A stretch of DNA of 64,000 nt. It comes from Octopus sinensis. Taxonomy: Eukaryota. The DNA lies in the NCBI RefSeq assembly GCF_006345805.1, contig NC_042998.1:28272001-28336000 (forward strand). The letters are read 5' to 3'. Below the pieces are notes generated by a model. The model ran no database searches, was not told where the DNA came from, and worked only from the letters and a program-made list of their open reading frames with translations. Position numbers and translations under genes: made by a program. This document shows positions 1-13,694 of the stretch, piece after piece. Position 1 is the stretch's first letter; each line of letters opens with the position of its first letter.

Positions 1-135
1 ATTCCATCCAAGTTGGCTTTACATTTCATCTTTTCTGGATCGATGAAATAAGTACCATTTGAGCACTGATGTCAATATACTCGACTTAACCCCTCCCCCG
101 AATTTGCTGGCCTTGTGCCAAAATGTGAAACCAAT
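1..135 (+). mobile_element. Fragment of tRNA-derived SINE family 3 (body plus 'gctggccttgtgccaaa' tail)
   Basis: Degenerate match to the repeat 'gcctttcatcctttcggggtcgataaattaagtaccag...tcgactta' seen many times in this window. Confidence 0.75.
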
Positions 136-764
136 ATATGTGTGGTGTGTGTGTGTGTGTCTGTGTGTGAGACGGAGAACGTAATTTTATTTCCTGGTAA
201 TTTAAGGGACGTTGATTTTGAAAGAAATCATTAGGAAAACAATTTATTGCAGAAATATAAAGCTAAAAACATGCAATATGAATGAGTTTTAAAAAGAATT
301 CTGTCTAATTTTTTTTAATGCGGCTTAAAGAAAACAAAACATAAAATAGATGTTATAAAAAAGCTTAGAAAATAACGGTGTGTACGGTGATTTTAGTAAA
401 ATATTCGAAGAATGCAGTTCTTCTCCAAGGAGAAGAAATCGCCACTATTAACCCTTAGAATCATAATGACCATTTATCAGCTTCCATTACCAATACATCC
501 TGCAATGTGATTCGAAAACAATAGAATTCCCGAAATGCCAATATTCACACCATTTATCTTAATCATCTTCTATTCACAGCCAAGAACAACGTTTGTGTCG
601 AACATCGGATTCAATATTGTATTTTTTAAACCTTAACTGAATGGTTGCAGTGGAAAACAATAAATTACTGACAGTCTCTTTCGACATATCAGATAAAGCA
701 TCATTGAGTTTCTAGTTAAGGAATAGAAGTTCTGAGCTCGAACGCAAACTATTACTAATATATA

Positions 765-1320
765 TCTTATATAAAATCCGTTCTGTCTGTCTGTCTGTCT
801 GTGAGTCTTCTCTAATCTTGGGCATCCTCCATCCGATTGCGCTCAAATTTGATATGTAGATACCGACGGTATCTGGACGTGTATAAGTCTTGAAAAAATT
901 ACAAGAATCGATTCCAGGTGAGAATGCGATCGATAAAGCCGTTTTTGTCCTGCTTTTCTTCCGTCAACCTGTACATAACTGCACCTTCCATTTTTTGTTG
1001 TTTTTGTACTGCTTAAAGTCACGTTTCTTTCCAGCCAAGCTTACTGTTTAAACCATCTTTATGTTCTCCCAGTCAACAGCCTTATCATTACTGGTATTTT
1101 AAACTCTTCGGTTGCATATTTGCGTGAATAAAGTCGTCTTTCTTTGGAATAGAAAAGAGTCTATCTTTATTTCTTCTTTTGCTGGTGTCTCAAATATAGG
1201 TTAAATCAGTGTTTCTCAAAGGGGTGGCCTATGGGACGGTCGGACAAGTTGTTTTGAGAAAATTTGGTTTAAATGTTTGACAACTCAGCATCGTCCATTG
1301 GACAGGGGGCGTTTAGCTCG
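765..1320 (+). mobile_element. Non-autonomous Helitron-like element
   Basis: 5' A|TC-TTATATAAAA followed by (CTGT)n; 3' hairpin GTCCA-T-TGGAC then CTCG|T (near-canonical CTRR|T). Confidence 0.6.
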
Positions 1321-1351
<31 letters not shown>

Positions 1352-1361
1352 TATATATATA

Positions 1362-1622
1362 TTATATTAAATTAGAGATAAAACTACTATTAGGCAAATC
1401 ATACAATGAAAAACTTAAGCCAATACATAAGATTAATTAATTTATATTATTTTGAATATATATCAAAATTATTAAAAAAAGATAATTAGTTTTTCATTGT
1501 ATGATTTGCCTAATAGTGGTTTTATCTCTAATTTAATATAATATAATATTTTACTATAAAATTAGATTCAATCCTAAATCTGATTTTTCCCTGTAAGTTT
1601 AGATTTATTCCCTAATGTTTTG
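1362..1622. mobile_element. Short foldback remnant of the PLE family at 36.4-39.0 kb (no hammerhead retained)
   Basis: Inverted repeat ~1365-1415 vs ~1487-1537; 1500-1620 matches the reverse complement of 36397-36500; flanked by (AT)n on both sides. Confidence 0.75.
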
Positions 1623-1655
<33 letters not shown>

Positions 1656-1784
1656 GGAACGTGGCGCATATTTCATATTAAATAACATTAACGGCTTAAA
1701 CGTTATTAACACATTAGAAGTTATAGTATTAGACTTAAAATCATCGGACTTAAGGTGGAATAAAATATTTGAAATCATTGTTAT

Positions 1785-2285
1785 TATTATTGTTGTTGTT
1801 ATTCTGAAAGACTCTCGGATAGTTCTTAATTACCGGTTATACTTTACTTGAAAGCAGCCAATAACAAATCACCAAAGGTTTCAAAGTGGCAATGGTCTTC
1901 TTAGAATGCGAGCTGTACCCAACAATGCTGTCTTCCAGATCACCTCAAGCCTGACAGCAGATCCAATATTCTTAATATGCTTTTCAAATCCCGTGGAAAC
2001 TGCTCCTAATGCTCCAATTACCACTGGTATCACCATTACTTTCCTCATGCCCCATAACTTTCCTATCTCGTCCCGCAGTGGCTGGTATCTCTCATTCTTT
2101 TCTGTTTCCTTACATTTCACCCTCGAACCACCTGGTATTGCAGCATCTATTATCTTTACTTCTTTTACATCTTTATGGATGATCAGGATATCTCGTCGTC
2201 TCGCCTCTATGACTTGGTCACATTGCATGTTAAAATCCCAGAGTATTTTGTAATGTTCGTTTTCCATTACTCCCTCTGGCTTTTA
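1785..2285 (-). mobile_element. 3' end of an RLE-type non-LTR retrotransposon (R4/Dong-like); restriction-like endonuclease domain
   Basis: ORF 1881-2267 reads [22 protein letters not shown]...IIDAAIP...KETEK...LWG...VIPVVIGALG, typical of the PD-(D/E)xK RLE domain; both ends lie in (AAT/GAT)n repeats. Confidence 0.8.
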
Positions 2286-2527
2286 ATCATCATCATCATC
2301 ATCATCATTATCATTATTATTATTGCTGTTATTATTATTATTATTATTATCATCATATATATATATACATATATATATACATATATATATATACATATGT
2401 ATATATACATATATATATACACACATATATATACATATGTATATATATACACATATATATATACACATATATATATATATACATATATATATATACATAT
2501 ATATATACATATATATATACATATATG

Positions 2528-2564
<37 letters not shown>

Positions 2565-2672
2565 GTACATTTATATATACACACATGTATATCAATATAT
2601 ATATACATATATATATATATACATATATAACATACATACATACACATATATATATATATATATATACATACA
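2286..2672. repeat. Compound microsatellite (ATC)n(ATT)n then (AT/ACAT)n
   Basis: Direct reading. Confidence 0.95.
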
Positions 2673-2677
2673 TGAGT

Positions 2678-3017
2678 GAAGGCGCATGGCTCAGTGGTTA
2701 GAGCGTCGAGCTTACGATCGTGAGGTTGTGAGCTCGAATCCCGGACCGGGCTGCGTGTTGTGTTCTTGAGCAAGGCACTTTATTTCACGTTGCTCCAGTT
2801 CACTCAGCTGTAGAAATGAGTTGCGACGTCACTGGTACCAAGCTGTATCGACCTTTGTCTTTCCCTTGGATAACACTGGTGGCGTGGAGAGGGGAGGTCG
2901 GTATGCATGGGCGACTGCTGGCCTTCCATAAACAACCTTGCCCGGACTTGTGTCTAGGAGGGTAACTTTCTAGGTGCAATCCCATGGTCATTCATGACCG
3001 AAGGGGGTCTTTACCCT

Positions 3018-3020
<3 letters not shown>
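2678..3020 (+). mobile_element. tRNA-derived SINE family 1, full length
   Basis: A box TGGCTCAGTGG, B-box-like GAGCTCGAATCC, central 'cttgagcaaggcact...cactcagctgtagaaatgag' (CORE/V-like), tail 'gaccgaagggggtctttaccc'. Confidence 0.85.
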
Positions 3021-3071
<51 letters not shown>

Positions 3072-3272
3072 AGTAGTTGAATGAATTATCTTAGTATGGA
3101 TAATTCGGTTAACCGATACCTGGGTAGCAAATTCACGTCAGAAAAACACGGTTGAAGCTACATGCCAAGGTCAGAGATCACGTTCTTTCGTGTGGAAATT
3201 TGTGTGTTTTTTTAATACAAATAAATGAAAGAATGGAGTTGAACGACGAATTAACAAAATTCCTTTATTTTA

Positions 3273-3355
3273 TTTTCGACATATGTTTCGAAGGCTGCAT
3301 ATTCCTAATTTCGAAGGAATAAGGGGTGCATTGTGCCACCTTCTCATCAGGAAAA
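3273..3355 (-). ncRNA. Type I hammerhead ribozyme (long stem II)
   Basis: Minus strand: TTTTC-CTGATGA-GAAGG...CCTTC-GAAA-CATATG-TC-GAAAA; all core bases canonical, GUC cleavage triplet. Confidence 0.8.
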
Positions 3356-3482
3356 ACAAGGAACTTATGTCAGCATCAAGAAGAACAAAAATCTTTAGAT
3401 GACTGCCCACACGGAGCCCATAGCGATAATGAGTGTTTCTTTAAAGTTTTTGTTCATCTTGATGCTGACATAAGTTCCTTGT

Positions 3483-3567
3483 TTTTCCTGATGAGAAAGC
3501 GACATAATGCACCCCTTATTCCTTCTAAATTAGAAATATGCAGCCTTCGAAACATATATGTCGAGAA
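3483..3567 (+). ncRNA. Type I hammerhead ribozyme (long stem II)
   Basis: TTTTC-CTGATGA-GAAAGC...GCCTTC-GAAA-CATATATG-TC-GAGAA; one stem II mismatch. Confidence 0.75.
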
Positions 3568-3611
3568 TAAAGGAATTTTGTTAAATCGTCGTTCAACTCC
3601 ATTCTTTCATT

Positions 3612-3661
<50 letters not shown>

Positions 3662-5278
3662 ATAATCGAGAAATATTCTCTTCTATATTTAGTTCTAAAT
3701 TATCTAAGTAATGTACAACAATGTCCAACTTTATCTTAGATGTGTATCGGAGTAAGAAACAAACTTTCTAGATTTATCAAAATTTCCATGAGTATTTTCA
3801 TTTCTGAAGATATTCATTGACCAATGTTTGAATGATTTACTTTAACGTAAGCGAATCAACAACGATGTATCAGAGACAAAATTGATCTCAGTGGAATTTG
3901 AAACGAGAAACATTATCAGAAAGAATTATTGTTATACGTACAGTGTAGCACTCCACCATTTCCTTCAAATCCCGAACTTTCCATTTCTGACGGTTATGAC
4001 GGATTCATTAGATGTAGTTTTATTAGTAAATCCACTAGAACCATATAATTATTCTAACGGAGCAGCAACCCACATACGCTTCTTATATTTCATGTCTTAT
4101 ATGTGAGAACTCATGATCCTATCAAGTTTTCTCTGAACTTGGCAGATACGAAGAGACGCTTCCACTAACCTTTATTGATTTTTGTCGTTTTCCATCACGT
4201 TTCTTTATTCAAGTAAATGTTGTCGAATACCATAATCTGAAAATATCGATCCAATTTTCTCAGTATATGTTCATAGAAGAATCGATACAAGTTAATGGCT
4301 TGGCAAGTATAATTATTTTGAGACATAAGTGATCATATACTACCGACTTTGTCTATTTGCTTGTCGGTGCCTTTACACTTCTTTTACATAAATACTTAGA
4401 CGTAAGACATTGATACGTTCCCCAGGGAAAGATTTCAACATTATGTATTGATAAATATTCTCAACGTTCCTTTTATTTTCGAATCAACTGGCTTAATATG
4501 TTTTGACAAATCAACAGAATAATACTTTTATTCTCGAATTTGTAAAATTAATAACTTTTTCGTATTTCCTTTCAGACTTCACTGTAGTGAATCCGTTCCA
4601 TAGCATTTCTATTAAACTACAAAGTGGAATGGACGTTATTTAATTTGATTAGAATAGAGTAATTAATTTCATCAATTATTCAAGCTCTAATTAGATGCAT
4701 TTATTATTCATATTCCCCAATACCAGCTTTTCTTCTTCTTTCATCGCCAATCAAATAAGATGGCGATGATTCAAATCAGTTTGTGTTTCAGAGTATTATA
4801 CACAAAAGATGAGAGAAAACCAGATAACAAAGGCATAGTTCTTCAAAGTTAATGTGATTTTTGTGGTTATCTAATTAAAATAAGATATTTATTTTTCTTT
4901 AATTAATATGTTTGATTTATTTGATAATTAGTTTTTATGAGGGAGATACAAAATCATATTATATAAATTGGATCAAAATCATGTCAAACAAGGATAGATA
5001 ATTTTTGTCATGCTTCGAAAATATTCTGCAGTAACCTGTAAAGAAATATTAATTTCATCTGATGAAAAAACAACAAAATTCAGTGACGTAATGCACTGAG
5101 ATTTGTCATCGAAGTGAATACTCAGTCTTTTAAATTATGTTTTGGTATATTCTTTCTATCCTAAAGGTGTTTGGAAATGTTATATAATGTTATATAATCC
5201 AGAAATATTTTACACTTGGTATAAAGAATTGACAAGATTTATTTGCGAAAGTGTGAACTCCTATTTACGTATTGCAAA

Positions 5279-5677
5279 TCTCTCTATATATAAAGCTGAA
5301 GTTGTCTGTGTATGGCAGGATTGGTAACCTTCAACTAACACTATCTCCTCCGAGACCCTGCGGCGTAAGTTGACCAAAATTGAGAGTATGATAGAAGAAG
5401 GCTTGCTCTTCCTTCCGTAGCAGAAAAAAATCAAATCGGACCTTGTTAACACCAAAAATTATTTACACCATAAAGGTGCTTTTTTTTTCTATGAAAATCC
5501 CTATTTTTTACGATTTTTTGACTGCTGTGTCGCCATTTTTCGGTGTATTTCAACCAGGAAAATGTTCACTTAAAGAGAATAACAAGCTAAATAATGCAAA
5601 ATTTTACTTTTCAAAAATTCCAATTCTACAGGGTCGAAAAGAAAACAAGCCCGAGCAACGCTGGGCTATACTGCTAG
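5279..5677 (+). mobile_element. Non-autonomous Helitron
   Basis: A|TC...TATATATAAAG start; 3' hairpin AGCCC-GAGCAACGCT-GGGCT then CTAG|T. Confidence 0.8.
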
Positions 5678-6259
5678 TAATGTATAATTTCAGTGAATCG
5701 TTCTCTTCAGCTCCAAAACATGTTTGAGAACTTCTGTTATCCTTTTTATTAGTGAGTCGAGAAAAGAGATTATAGTAATTTATTTGTTACTTTTCGTATT
5801 TTGCTAAGATTAAATGAAAGCACTTCGATTAATTTATTTAATTCTTTCTGCGTAATCTTACTTCAACGTACATACCAAGTCAATATAAACTAGATGTCAT
5901 AAAATCAACTAATACTACATCAGAATTTCATCTGCTCTTTGTGTAAATATATGTTTACGTTCATTGTTACATATGCGTACATATTTTTCGCCCTAATCTT
6001 AAAACTACAAGCATTTTGTGCTTGTTAATACTTGCAAAATGGTACGAAGTTAAATAATAACCTTCTTTAGTCAAATTATTTCTTTCCAATTCATTAAATT
6101 TGTCACATATTGATGGAAATTTGACCGAAAAAGAATGAATGTATCTCTGCCAGATGCCAGTTGTTCTGCATCACAATGGCAGCTCCTTTGCCTCATAAAC
6201 TAAAAACAGGTAAACGTGACATTTGAAATTTTATGATTTCTTTTGTTCCTGAAATTTCC

Positions 6260-7385
6260 GGATATAATTACAATCCAGTTCTATATTTAAGAGATGAGGA
6301 ATTATGTACATTATTTACATTTGACGGAATAAAGAAATATATTTACATTTGACGGATATTTGTCCTCATCTTGTTTGTTATTAACACAACGTTTCGGCTA
6401 ATATACCCTCAAGCCTTCATCTTGGGGAAATTTCGAAACTGGGCTCGAAATTCCTAAGGTATTTTTCGATGTTATTATTATTATTATTCAGGTCACGGTC
6501 TGAAATCGAACTCAGAATCTTGGGGTTAGTTAGCCCACCTTCTTAACCACTATATCATATGCCCGTGGGCAATTATGGAGTGAATTTAAGGGCTTATAAA
6601 TCTAAAATTTTCCTATCCTTCCTTAATACCTGTTCCCATATGCTACTCATATCTGCACTCGGCCTGCATAGGAGGTTGTTGCGTCCTACTATATGAGCTG
6701 CTTCTTAAAGTTTTCGTGTTTTCCAGTGGTGTTCTCTTTTGTTTTAACTTCATCCCGCAGGGGGAGGTGGTCTCCATCATTCCATACATGATTTTTCAAT
6801 ATACCCTCGTGTCACAGCTTTGCGATGTTCGTCTACCTTTATTTTGAGGGAGCGGCATGTTTCGCCTTTATATAACCTACCACACCTGCATGGGATAGAG
6901 TATACGCGGTCTTCGGTCATATTATCTTCTATTGGTGGTTTTACTCGAAGGAGATGTTTGCAAAGTGTTGTATTACTGTCCTGATGCCCTGATGCCATAT
7001 GGACCGCATATCTTTTGTATCTTTTTGGAGCGACCTTTCACATAGCGTAGACAGACTGTGGACATTTTATTGGTTTCATCCTCTCTTTTTTTCATAATTG
7101 GAGTGGACAGTATGCTCTTGTGGGAGTTGTTGCTGAACAGATTGTTATTAAGTTTGATCATTTCTTCGTGGTGTGTCTCGCGATCGCTGCTTATATTCTA
7201 TGCTCGATGTTTTACAATAAGCTGAAACAAACATAACTCCAGATTACCATTGAGTTTAATTATATTAGAATTTTGGAAATATTCAGTGTTTACCAAGCAT
7301 CGGTTAAAGTTTCGATTTCTCAGCAAGGAGTAAACAAAAATCTTTTGTACAAAAAATTTACTACAGCATAATATATTCTTTTCTA
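6260..7385 (-). mobile_element. Decayed Penelope-like retroelement 3' half (RT C-terminus, GIY-YIG endonuclease, pLTR)
   Basis: ORF 6777-6998 VYSIPCRCGRLYKGETCRSLKIKVDEH is the PLE GIY-YIG motif; upstream fragments (HRA..SSDRETHHEEMIKL; YVKGRSKKIQKICGPYGIR) fit the PLE RT thumb/linker; 3' hammerhead remnant at 6384-6420. Confidence 0.85.
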
Positions 7386-7387
7386 CC

Positions 7388-7752
7388 ACAAGGCCCGAAA
7401 TTTTCAGAGAGGGGGCCAGTCGATTACATCGATCCCAGTGCGTAACTAGTACTTATTTAATCGTCTCCGGAAGGATGAAAGGCAAAGTCGACTTCGGCGG
7501 AAGTTGAACTCAGAACGTAATGGCAGACGAAATACCTATTTCTTTACTACCCACAAGGGGCTAAACACAGAGGGGACAAACGGATTAAGTCGATTATATT
7601 GACCCCAGTGTGTAACTGATACTTATTTAATCGACCCCAAAAGGATGAAAGGTAAAGTCGACCTCGCTTGAATTTGAACTCAGAACGTGGCGGCAGACGA
7701 AATACGGCTACGCATTTCGCCCGGCGTGCTAACGCTTCTGCCAGCTCGCCGC
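7388..7752 (-). mobile_element. SINE family 3, two-unit concatemer
   Basis: Head 'ggcgagctggcagaa.cgttagc', B box GAGTTCAAATTCC, repeated ~180-bp body. Confidence 0.85.
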
Positions 7753-8357
7753 ATTTACAGCATAATATATGAAATCAAGCATGCGCCTATATACATAACA
7801 TACATTTATGTCTTTGTAGTATGTGTGTGTATATGCCTGCACGTGCGCGTGTGTGTGTGTGCGTGCGTGCGTATTTTTGAGAATCTGAGGAGGAGGAGAG
7901 AAGACGATGACAGATTTGTAAGAGCATCGGACGAAGTTTACTTCCTGATTATTACAATCGCAATGTGACTGATTTTGCGTTTCAAACATGAAATATAAAA
8001 TATAAATTAGAAATGAAATATAATAAGAGGGCCAGTCATGTACTTAGCTCCAGTTAATCGACGCTAATGAGAAGCTAGATTCCTTAACGCAATGCAACAA
8101 ATCCTCGGCTGCATCGTAGCCGGTTCTCTAACGAATATGATGCCATTTCTATCTGACCTTCTACTCCTGAATAGTTTGATGGCCTGGACAGGAGAGACTT
8201 GCTGCGTGGTCAACTAACTGTTGGTCTTGCAGTTGCCGAGATTTTCGCAGTGAAGAATACTCTGTAATTTACTCGAATGAGAACCACTGACATTGTCTGT
8301 AGTGGCAAAAATTCGTAGTGCTACGAGATATAAAGCATCGAAGAACTCTCACACCTT

Positions 8358-8358
8358 C

Positions 8359-8457
<99 letters not shown>

Positions 8458-8462
8458 GTCTG

Positions 8463-8538
<76 letters not shown>
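8358..8538. repeat. (TATC)n / (GATA)n microsatellite
   Basis: Direct reading. Confidence 0.97.
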
Positions 8539-8617
8539 GGTAGGTAGATACAACCAACTTTGAGAAGGCATAGATGCAACAGATAAAATTAAGAGTTCGA
8601 AATGTACTCTGAAAGTA

Positions 8618-8995
8618 CACTACCGTCAGAAATTAATTAGCACCCTTGATTTGCTCTTCACTCAAGGTATGTGCTGTCACCTAGTGGCCATATCTCGAAC
8701 TATTGCTTTGTTGCGAGTTCACTGTTGCGCAGAACGATGACGTAACTTTGTTTGCAGAGCAGTTTGAGAGTCTACAGCCTTATGATTTTGACATAGCAGT
8801 GCAACAACAACTTGGAGTGCGGATGCAGACAAATTCCTTTGTTTAATAGATATAGGTAGCGCCTCGCAAGGACCGAAATCACACCATACTAAGTTTTCTC
8901 ATCGCGTAAGACGTTTTGAACAGCTCATAGGTTAATTGATTTAACCTATTTAATGTAGAAATTTGAGAAGTGCTAATTAATTTCTGTCGCAAGTG
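8618..8995. mobile_element. Non-autonomous Tc1/mariner element (MITE)
   Basis: TA|CACTACCGTCAGAAATTAATTAGCAC ... GTGCTAATTAATTTCTGTCGCAAGTG|TA: ~26-bp imperfect TIRs with TA target duplication. Confidence 0.85.
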
Positions 8996-10163
8996 TACAT
9001 ATGTATCAAAATTACATGCGATTTAATAATTACATTTAGCCACCGTTAAAGCGCATCTATAAAGCATAGAAATTTTTTGAAGAATGTGGCCCGGAAAATT
9101 CAAGTTAGTGAGTAAACATTCTTAAAACATTCTTAAAAACATTAAACATTCTTAGAAATACCTCAGCTACTGGTTCAGGATTTTTCCATATTTTAGTCAT
9201 TCATCCTTAATTTCTGAGTTAAATAAACAAAATAATTTACAGGAAATTCTATGCAGCTGGTAGAATATAACCTAAAGTTAAATGAATGATCATGGTGCTG
9301 ACATTGTCTGAGACTGCATTAAGAAGGCCACTGCATGAGGATATTACAACGAATGCGTATATAGATAAACATTCATTTTCTAATACAATATTTTGTGAGC
9401 TGCATTATTCTTATTGATACTTTTCGTTAAGATCATTAATTTGAAAAATTGTTTTTGGAGTTGACAATCTTGACATTAACCAAAAGAAACACAGAATGTA
9501 AGAAAGCCATACAGAAGATTTATTTCGAAATATTTCGAAGGAAGAATAAAAAGTAGATCTTGAATTCATGCGAGAAAAAATATCCCAATAAAAGTAAGAA
9601 TGAAATTATTTAAAAATTCAAGAAAACCATACCAGAATCATCGATTAATAATTTCAGTTATAAATAAATATAAAACCTAATTATAGAAAATCTAAATTCA
9701 ATAATAATTTAATTTTTGTAAACATGAATAATTTTTTCTGTTATCTAGAATTCGATGGTGTTAAATCAATCTAAATATTTTCTCATCCTTTGTTTCTTCT
9801 TTCTGTTACTCACTTTCCATTAGGCGCAGAAAAGCTCGCACGCACAACACGCTCACGCACAAATATACGCATCCTTTGAACCTCCGTTAATCTTTTTCGA
9901 CGCCCATCTCGTCGTGCGAAAAAAAACAAACAAACAAGCAAACAGAAAAGAAAATTCTACCAAACATCATCAAATTTGTCCTGAAAGTTGCAGATGGGGA
10001 AACGGAAAGGTTCAAATGCTAAGTGGAGATCACCAACATTTAGTTTAGGGAGCAGTGATCCATAACACACACCTTAAAGCATTCTATTTGACGCTTGGCG
10101 ATCGAACGAATTTGCTATTCCACTGTTTTCTCTATGCCATTGTTCTCTGTCTGTCTGCTTGTC

Positions 10164-10164
<1 letters not shown>

Positions 10165-10244
<80 letters not shown>

Positions 10245-10264
10245 ATCTATCTATCTATCTATCT

Positions 10265-10321
<57 letters not shown>

Positions 10322-10328
10322 GTATACG

Positions 10329-10369
<41 letters not shown>

Positions 10370-10370
10370 A
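10165..10370. repeat. (TATC)n followed by (CA)n
   Basis: Direct reading. Confidence 0.95.
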
Positions 10371-12399
10371 TACACTCAGATGCACATATATACATGAATA
10401 GGGGCACAAGGTCTAGGCTAGGAATATCTTGCTACTGGTACCAGGAGCCCAGTACTACCTGTTTCAAGCTCTGACAAGCCATGTAAAGTGGAGGAGTCGG
10501 TAAACCTCCACTATCAGCTCAGTGCCTTCCATTGGCCTAATGGATGCGTTTCGACATTGTTCGTTCCCTTCAGTACTCGATACGAAGAGAAGCAACTGTG
10601 AGGTGACCAGAACGCTTCCCTTCCTTGTTTGTAAATCAGTAGACATTACTTGAGAGCGTACATTTGCCACAAGGCCTGACCATATGAGGAATGGTCAAAT
10701 TTAGCCTAAACACTGTACATTAGAAATTATTATTTATTATACAATATATGCGGCAGATTGTAGCATAATCTTCTTCTTATCTTGTACAGCTTTCACCCGG
10801 GAGGAGTGAACTCCCATTGGGCTCACCGCTGTTGTTCCGTTGTCATTTCGCAGGAATTTCAAGAGATAATTAGAGTCCGCAAAGACAACTCCTGTCTGTA
10901 TTCGTAAGTCACCATACACGACCGGCGGCAGGTAGTTCGTGTGTTACGGCTTTTCGTAGCAGAATGCCTGCAGACGCAACGCAGCGCTACTAGAAGCCAC
11001 CGAATTTCGGGACAGACACTGCCTGGAATTCACCATTGCCCTTCAGTTAACCGGGTTGCAGCTCTAGCACTGCCGATATTAGACCAGTTAGACTTGCCCA
11101 CCTTGTAGTCCTAGCACTACCAGTGTCAGACCTATCCTACTTGGTCCTCGAAGTCCCCGACGCCATAGCTCTGACACTCACTCATTTAACTTTTCCACCA
11201 AGATGAGATCACGGGATAGACCTTGACGAAGGAATGGTAGCATAGGTAAAACATCGGACAATGCATCTCATAAAGTTTTAATATATCCTTTATATTTTAT
11301 GTTGTAAATCTTTTCACCTGATAGTCAGTAATAAACCGTAAATTCAAGTCATTTGACAATATTCTTCTCTAAAAGGTGGAAGCAATTATTCGCGTTTTTC
11401 TTCTAAGCAGGACAATTGGCGCAATCTGCTGGTGGTTTGAGGACTGATTGGTTCCTTTTTCTTAGATGAAATGTTATATAACATTCTGTGTTTGATGGCG
11501 AATAACAACTTTAATCTTCTGGGCATGCCTTTTGTAGCTTCTAAACACGAAGTAGACACACTAATAATTCATATGCGCATGTGTGAATGTATATATGTAT
11601 GCATATGAGTGTTTGTGTGTGTGTGTGTGGTGTGTGTGTGTGTGTATGTATGTGTGTGTAATTATATTCTACGATAATATCTTTTCATTGCGGCCATAAA
11701 TGTCGGTCAAATGTATCATCAAATATCATATTATTTCACACACAATAAACATGTATTTATTAGATTACACAATTATTCTAATTTCAAATGCTGTTTCCAT
11801 TCAAAGTTATTGCTAAATATTTCCGAAAACCTGCCTGAATCTAATTTTAACGTTTTCATTTATATCTCTGAATTGATTGATTCAATACAATGTAAACATT
11901 CTTTTGCATTTAGAAATCAGAAATATTTAAAATTATGTCTAATTAATTTTATAACTTACTCAGAATAGCACAAGTGTCCAAAATATATTGAACATTTGTA
12001 TTGTGCATTGTGGTTGTGGTAATGTGCGCTGGTTAGCTACCATTTAGCATGCCTTCGCTTAGAGTGAGTAAAGTAAAAATACTTTTATGAATTTTAAATT
12101 ATTTAAATGCTACAAGCTGAAGTTGAAGGTGTGCCTAGCAGTTGTATTGCCTATACTTTTGAAAAGGTTGCAAGACGCAACGAAACTTTTAGGAAAATAA
12201 AAATAAGAAAAAGGTGGAAATTTTACCAGTGAGTGTGTTACATTATAAGGCACAAAAAGAAAATGACTCTCCCCAAACACAACAGAATATGCTTCAACAC
12301 ATGAACTCATATAAAGAATCTTGCAAACCAAATCCAAAATCGAAATATTTAGAAATATCTTTGCTGATCATCATTTAATAGATCTTCCTTCAGGTTGTT

Positions 12400-12850
12400 A
12401 TAAACAAACTGTAAATATATCGCTGAAATGGTGTATCTCTAGTCTCATATGGTATCAGGTCACAACACTCACAAGAAAAATGCAGAGAGCAAAGGCAACC
12501 ATTCTACATTGCTTTCGGTGACTTCATGAAAGCGTTTTGGTTATTTATAGCGATGACCTGGCCAAAATTCTTGCTAAGATTCGTTGCCATCCGTTGCTAC
12601 TCAGCATTGCCCAGTCATTCTATACGGTCGTAAAAGGAGCGGTGTCTCTAGCTCTCCATCTACATAGCCTGAGACGGATTCTGAATACGCACTGGGGTCG
12701 ATATAATTGACTTAATCCGTTTGTCATTGTTTGTCCCCTCTGTGTTTAGCCCCTTGTGGTTAGTAAAGAAATAGAATAAGATTAGCGGAGAGCGCCTTCA
12801 CGTTTAGTCACTGCAGTGAAGACTGTCACTAACAGGTGGGTCTGTACAGT
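12400..12850 (+). mobile_element. Decayed RTE-clade LINE reverse transcriptase fragments, interrupted by a SINE family 3 tail (12688-12780)
   Basis: Translation QEKCREQRQPFYIAFGDFMKAF...LAKILAKIRCHPLLL matches the RTE/BovB RT motif QEKCRE...Y.AF.D..KAFD. Confidence 0.75.
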
Positions 12851-13694
12851 GACAAGAAAATACTATTCTGCCAATAAGACCAAAATATTAAAAGTTTCCA
12901 GCCGCAGATATGTAGTCTGGCGGGATCGTTGAAATTGTTCTTTGTAAGTGACAGTAAATTCATATTTCTTTTTATTACTAAAAACAGCATCAAATACAAA
13001 TATATCTGAACGACGTGTGTATATGAATAGATGATATTGATAAAAAATTTTTTCAAAAACATATGCTGCAGTGGTAGAATGTCACACCACACAATATAAT
13101 GATGTATGGTTGCACATAATTCTACTAAAAATATGACGATTAATTTAAGTTTGATGTTAACATTGATGATTATAATGATGGTGTTTGAAGCGAGGATACG
13201 TTCGTAAAAAATTGTATGTCTTATATTCTTTTCATGCTCATGAAATATTTCTCGCCACGAAAACAAGTGAAAATGATGTGTCGGTTATTTATATTTTATA
13301 TAGTTTCATTGTAAAATATAACCGAGAAGACTTATGCATGCCGATTATTTTCTTCGTCGTCGCTTCGCTTTTCAATTTTTACTTTTGAAGCAGATGCTTT
13401 CGGCATATTTTAAATTGAATTTCTAGAAGTAAACATGTACTCGGATGCAAATAATATTGATTATTTCGGTTTAGTCTTCAACGTATTGTCCTCAGTTAAC
13501 ATATAATTCAAGCACGTCATTTACTTTCTAATGTCTTTCTTAGAAGATTAACGAAAGCAAAAGCTATTGCGAAAAATTCGAAATTTAGTTAGACTGAATT
13601 TTTGAAAATAGCATTCTGTTATTTATTGATAGCGTTTTTGTCTTACAACAATCCCATTCACAATATTCTGTACTTATTTTTCTTTTTTTTTTCT

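Larger units (their letters stand above)
3071..3612. mobile_element. PLE/retrozyme-type foldback element with two hammerheads
   Basis: Inverted arms ~3211-3385 and ~3450-3612; each arm has a hammerhead core; (AT)n at both outer ends. Confidence 0.8.

Noticed and set aside
2678-2760. tRNA gene-like segments at SINE heads
   Set aside because: Imperfect cloverleafs that continue directly into SINE bodies; not functional tRNAs
5059-5120. CTGATGA motif (also at ~27219 and ~49240)
   Set aside because: No stem II, GAAA or stem I arrangement; chance matches
10690-11260. GC-richer segment, possible retroelement interior
   Set aside because: No diagnostic protein motif or termini that I can support
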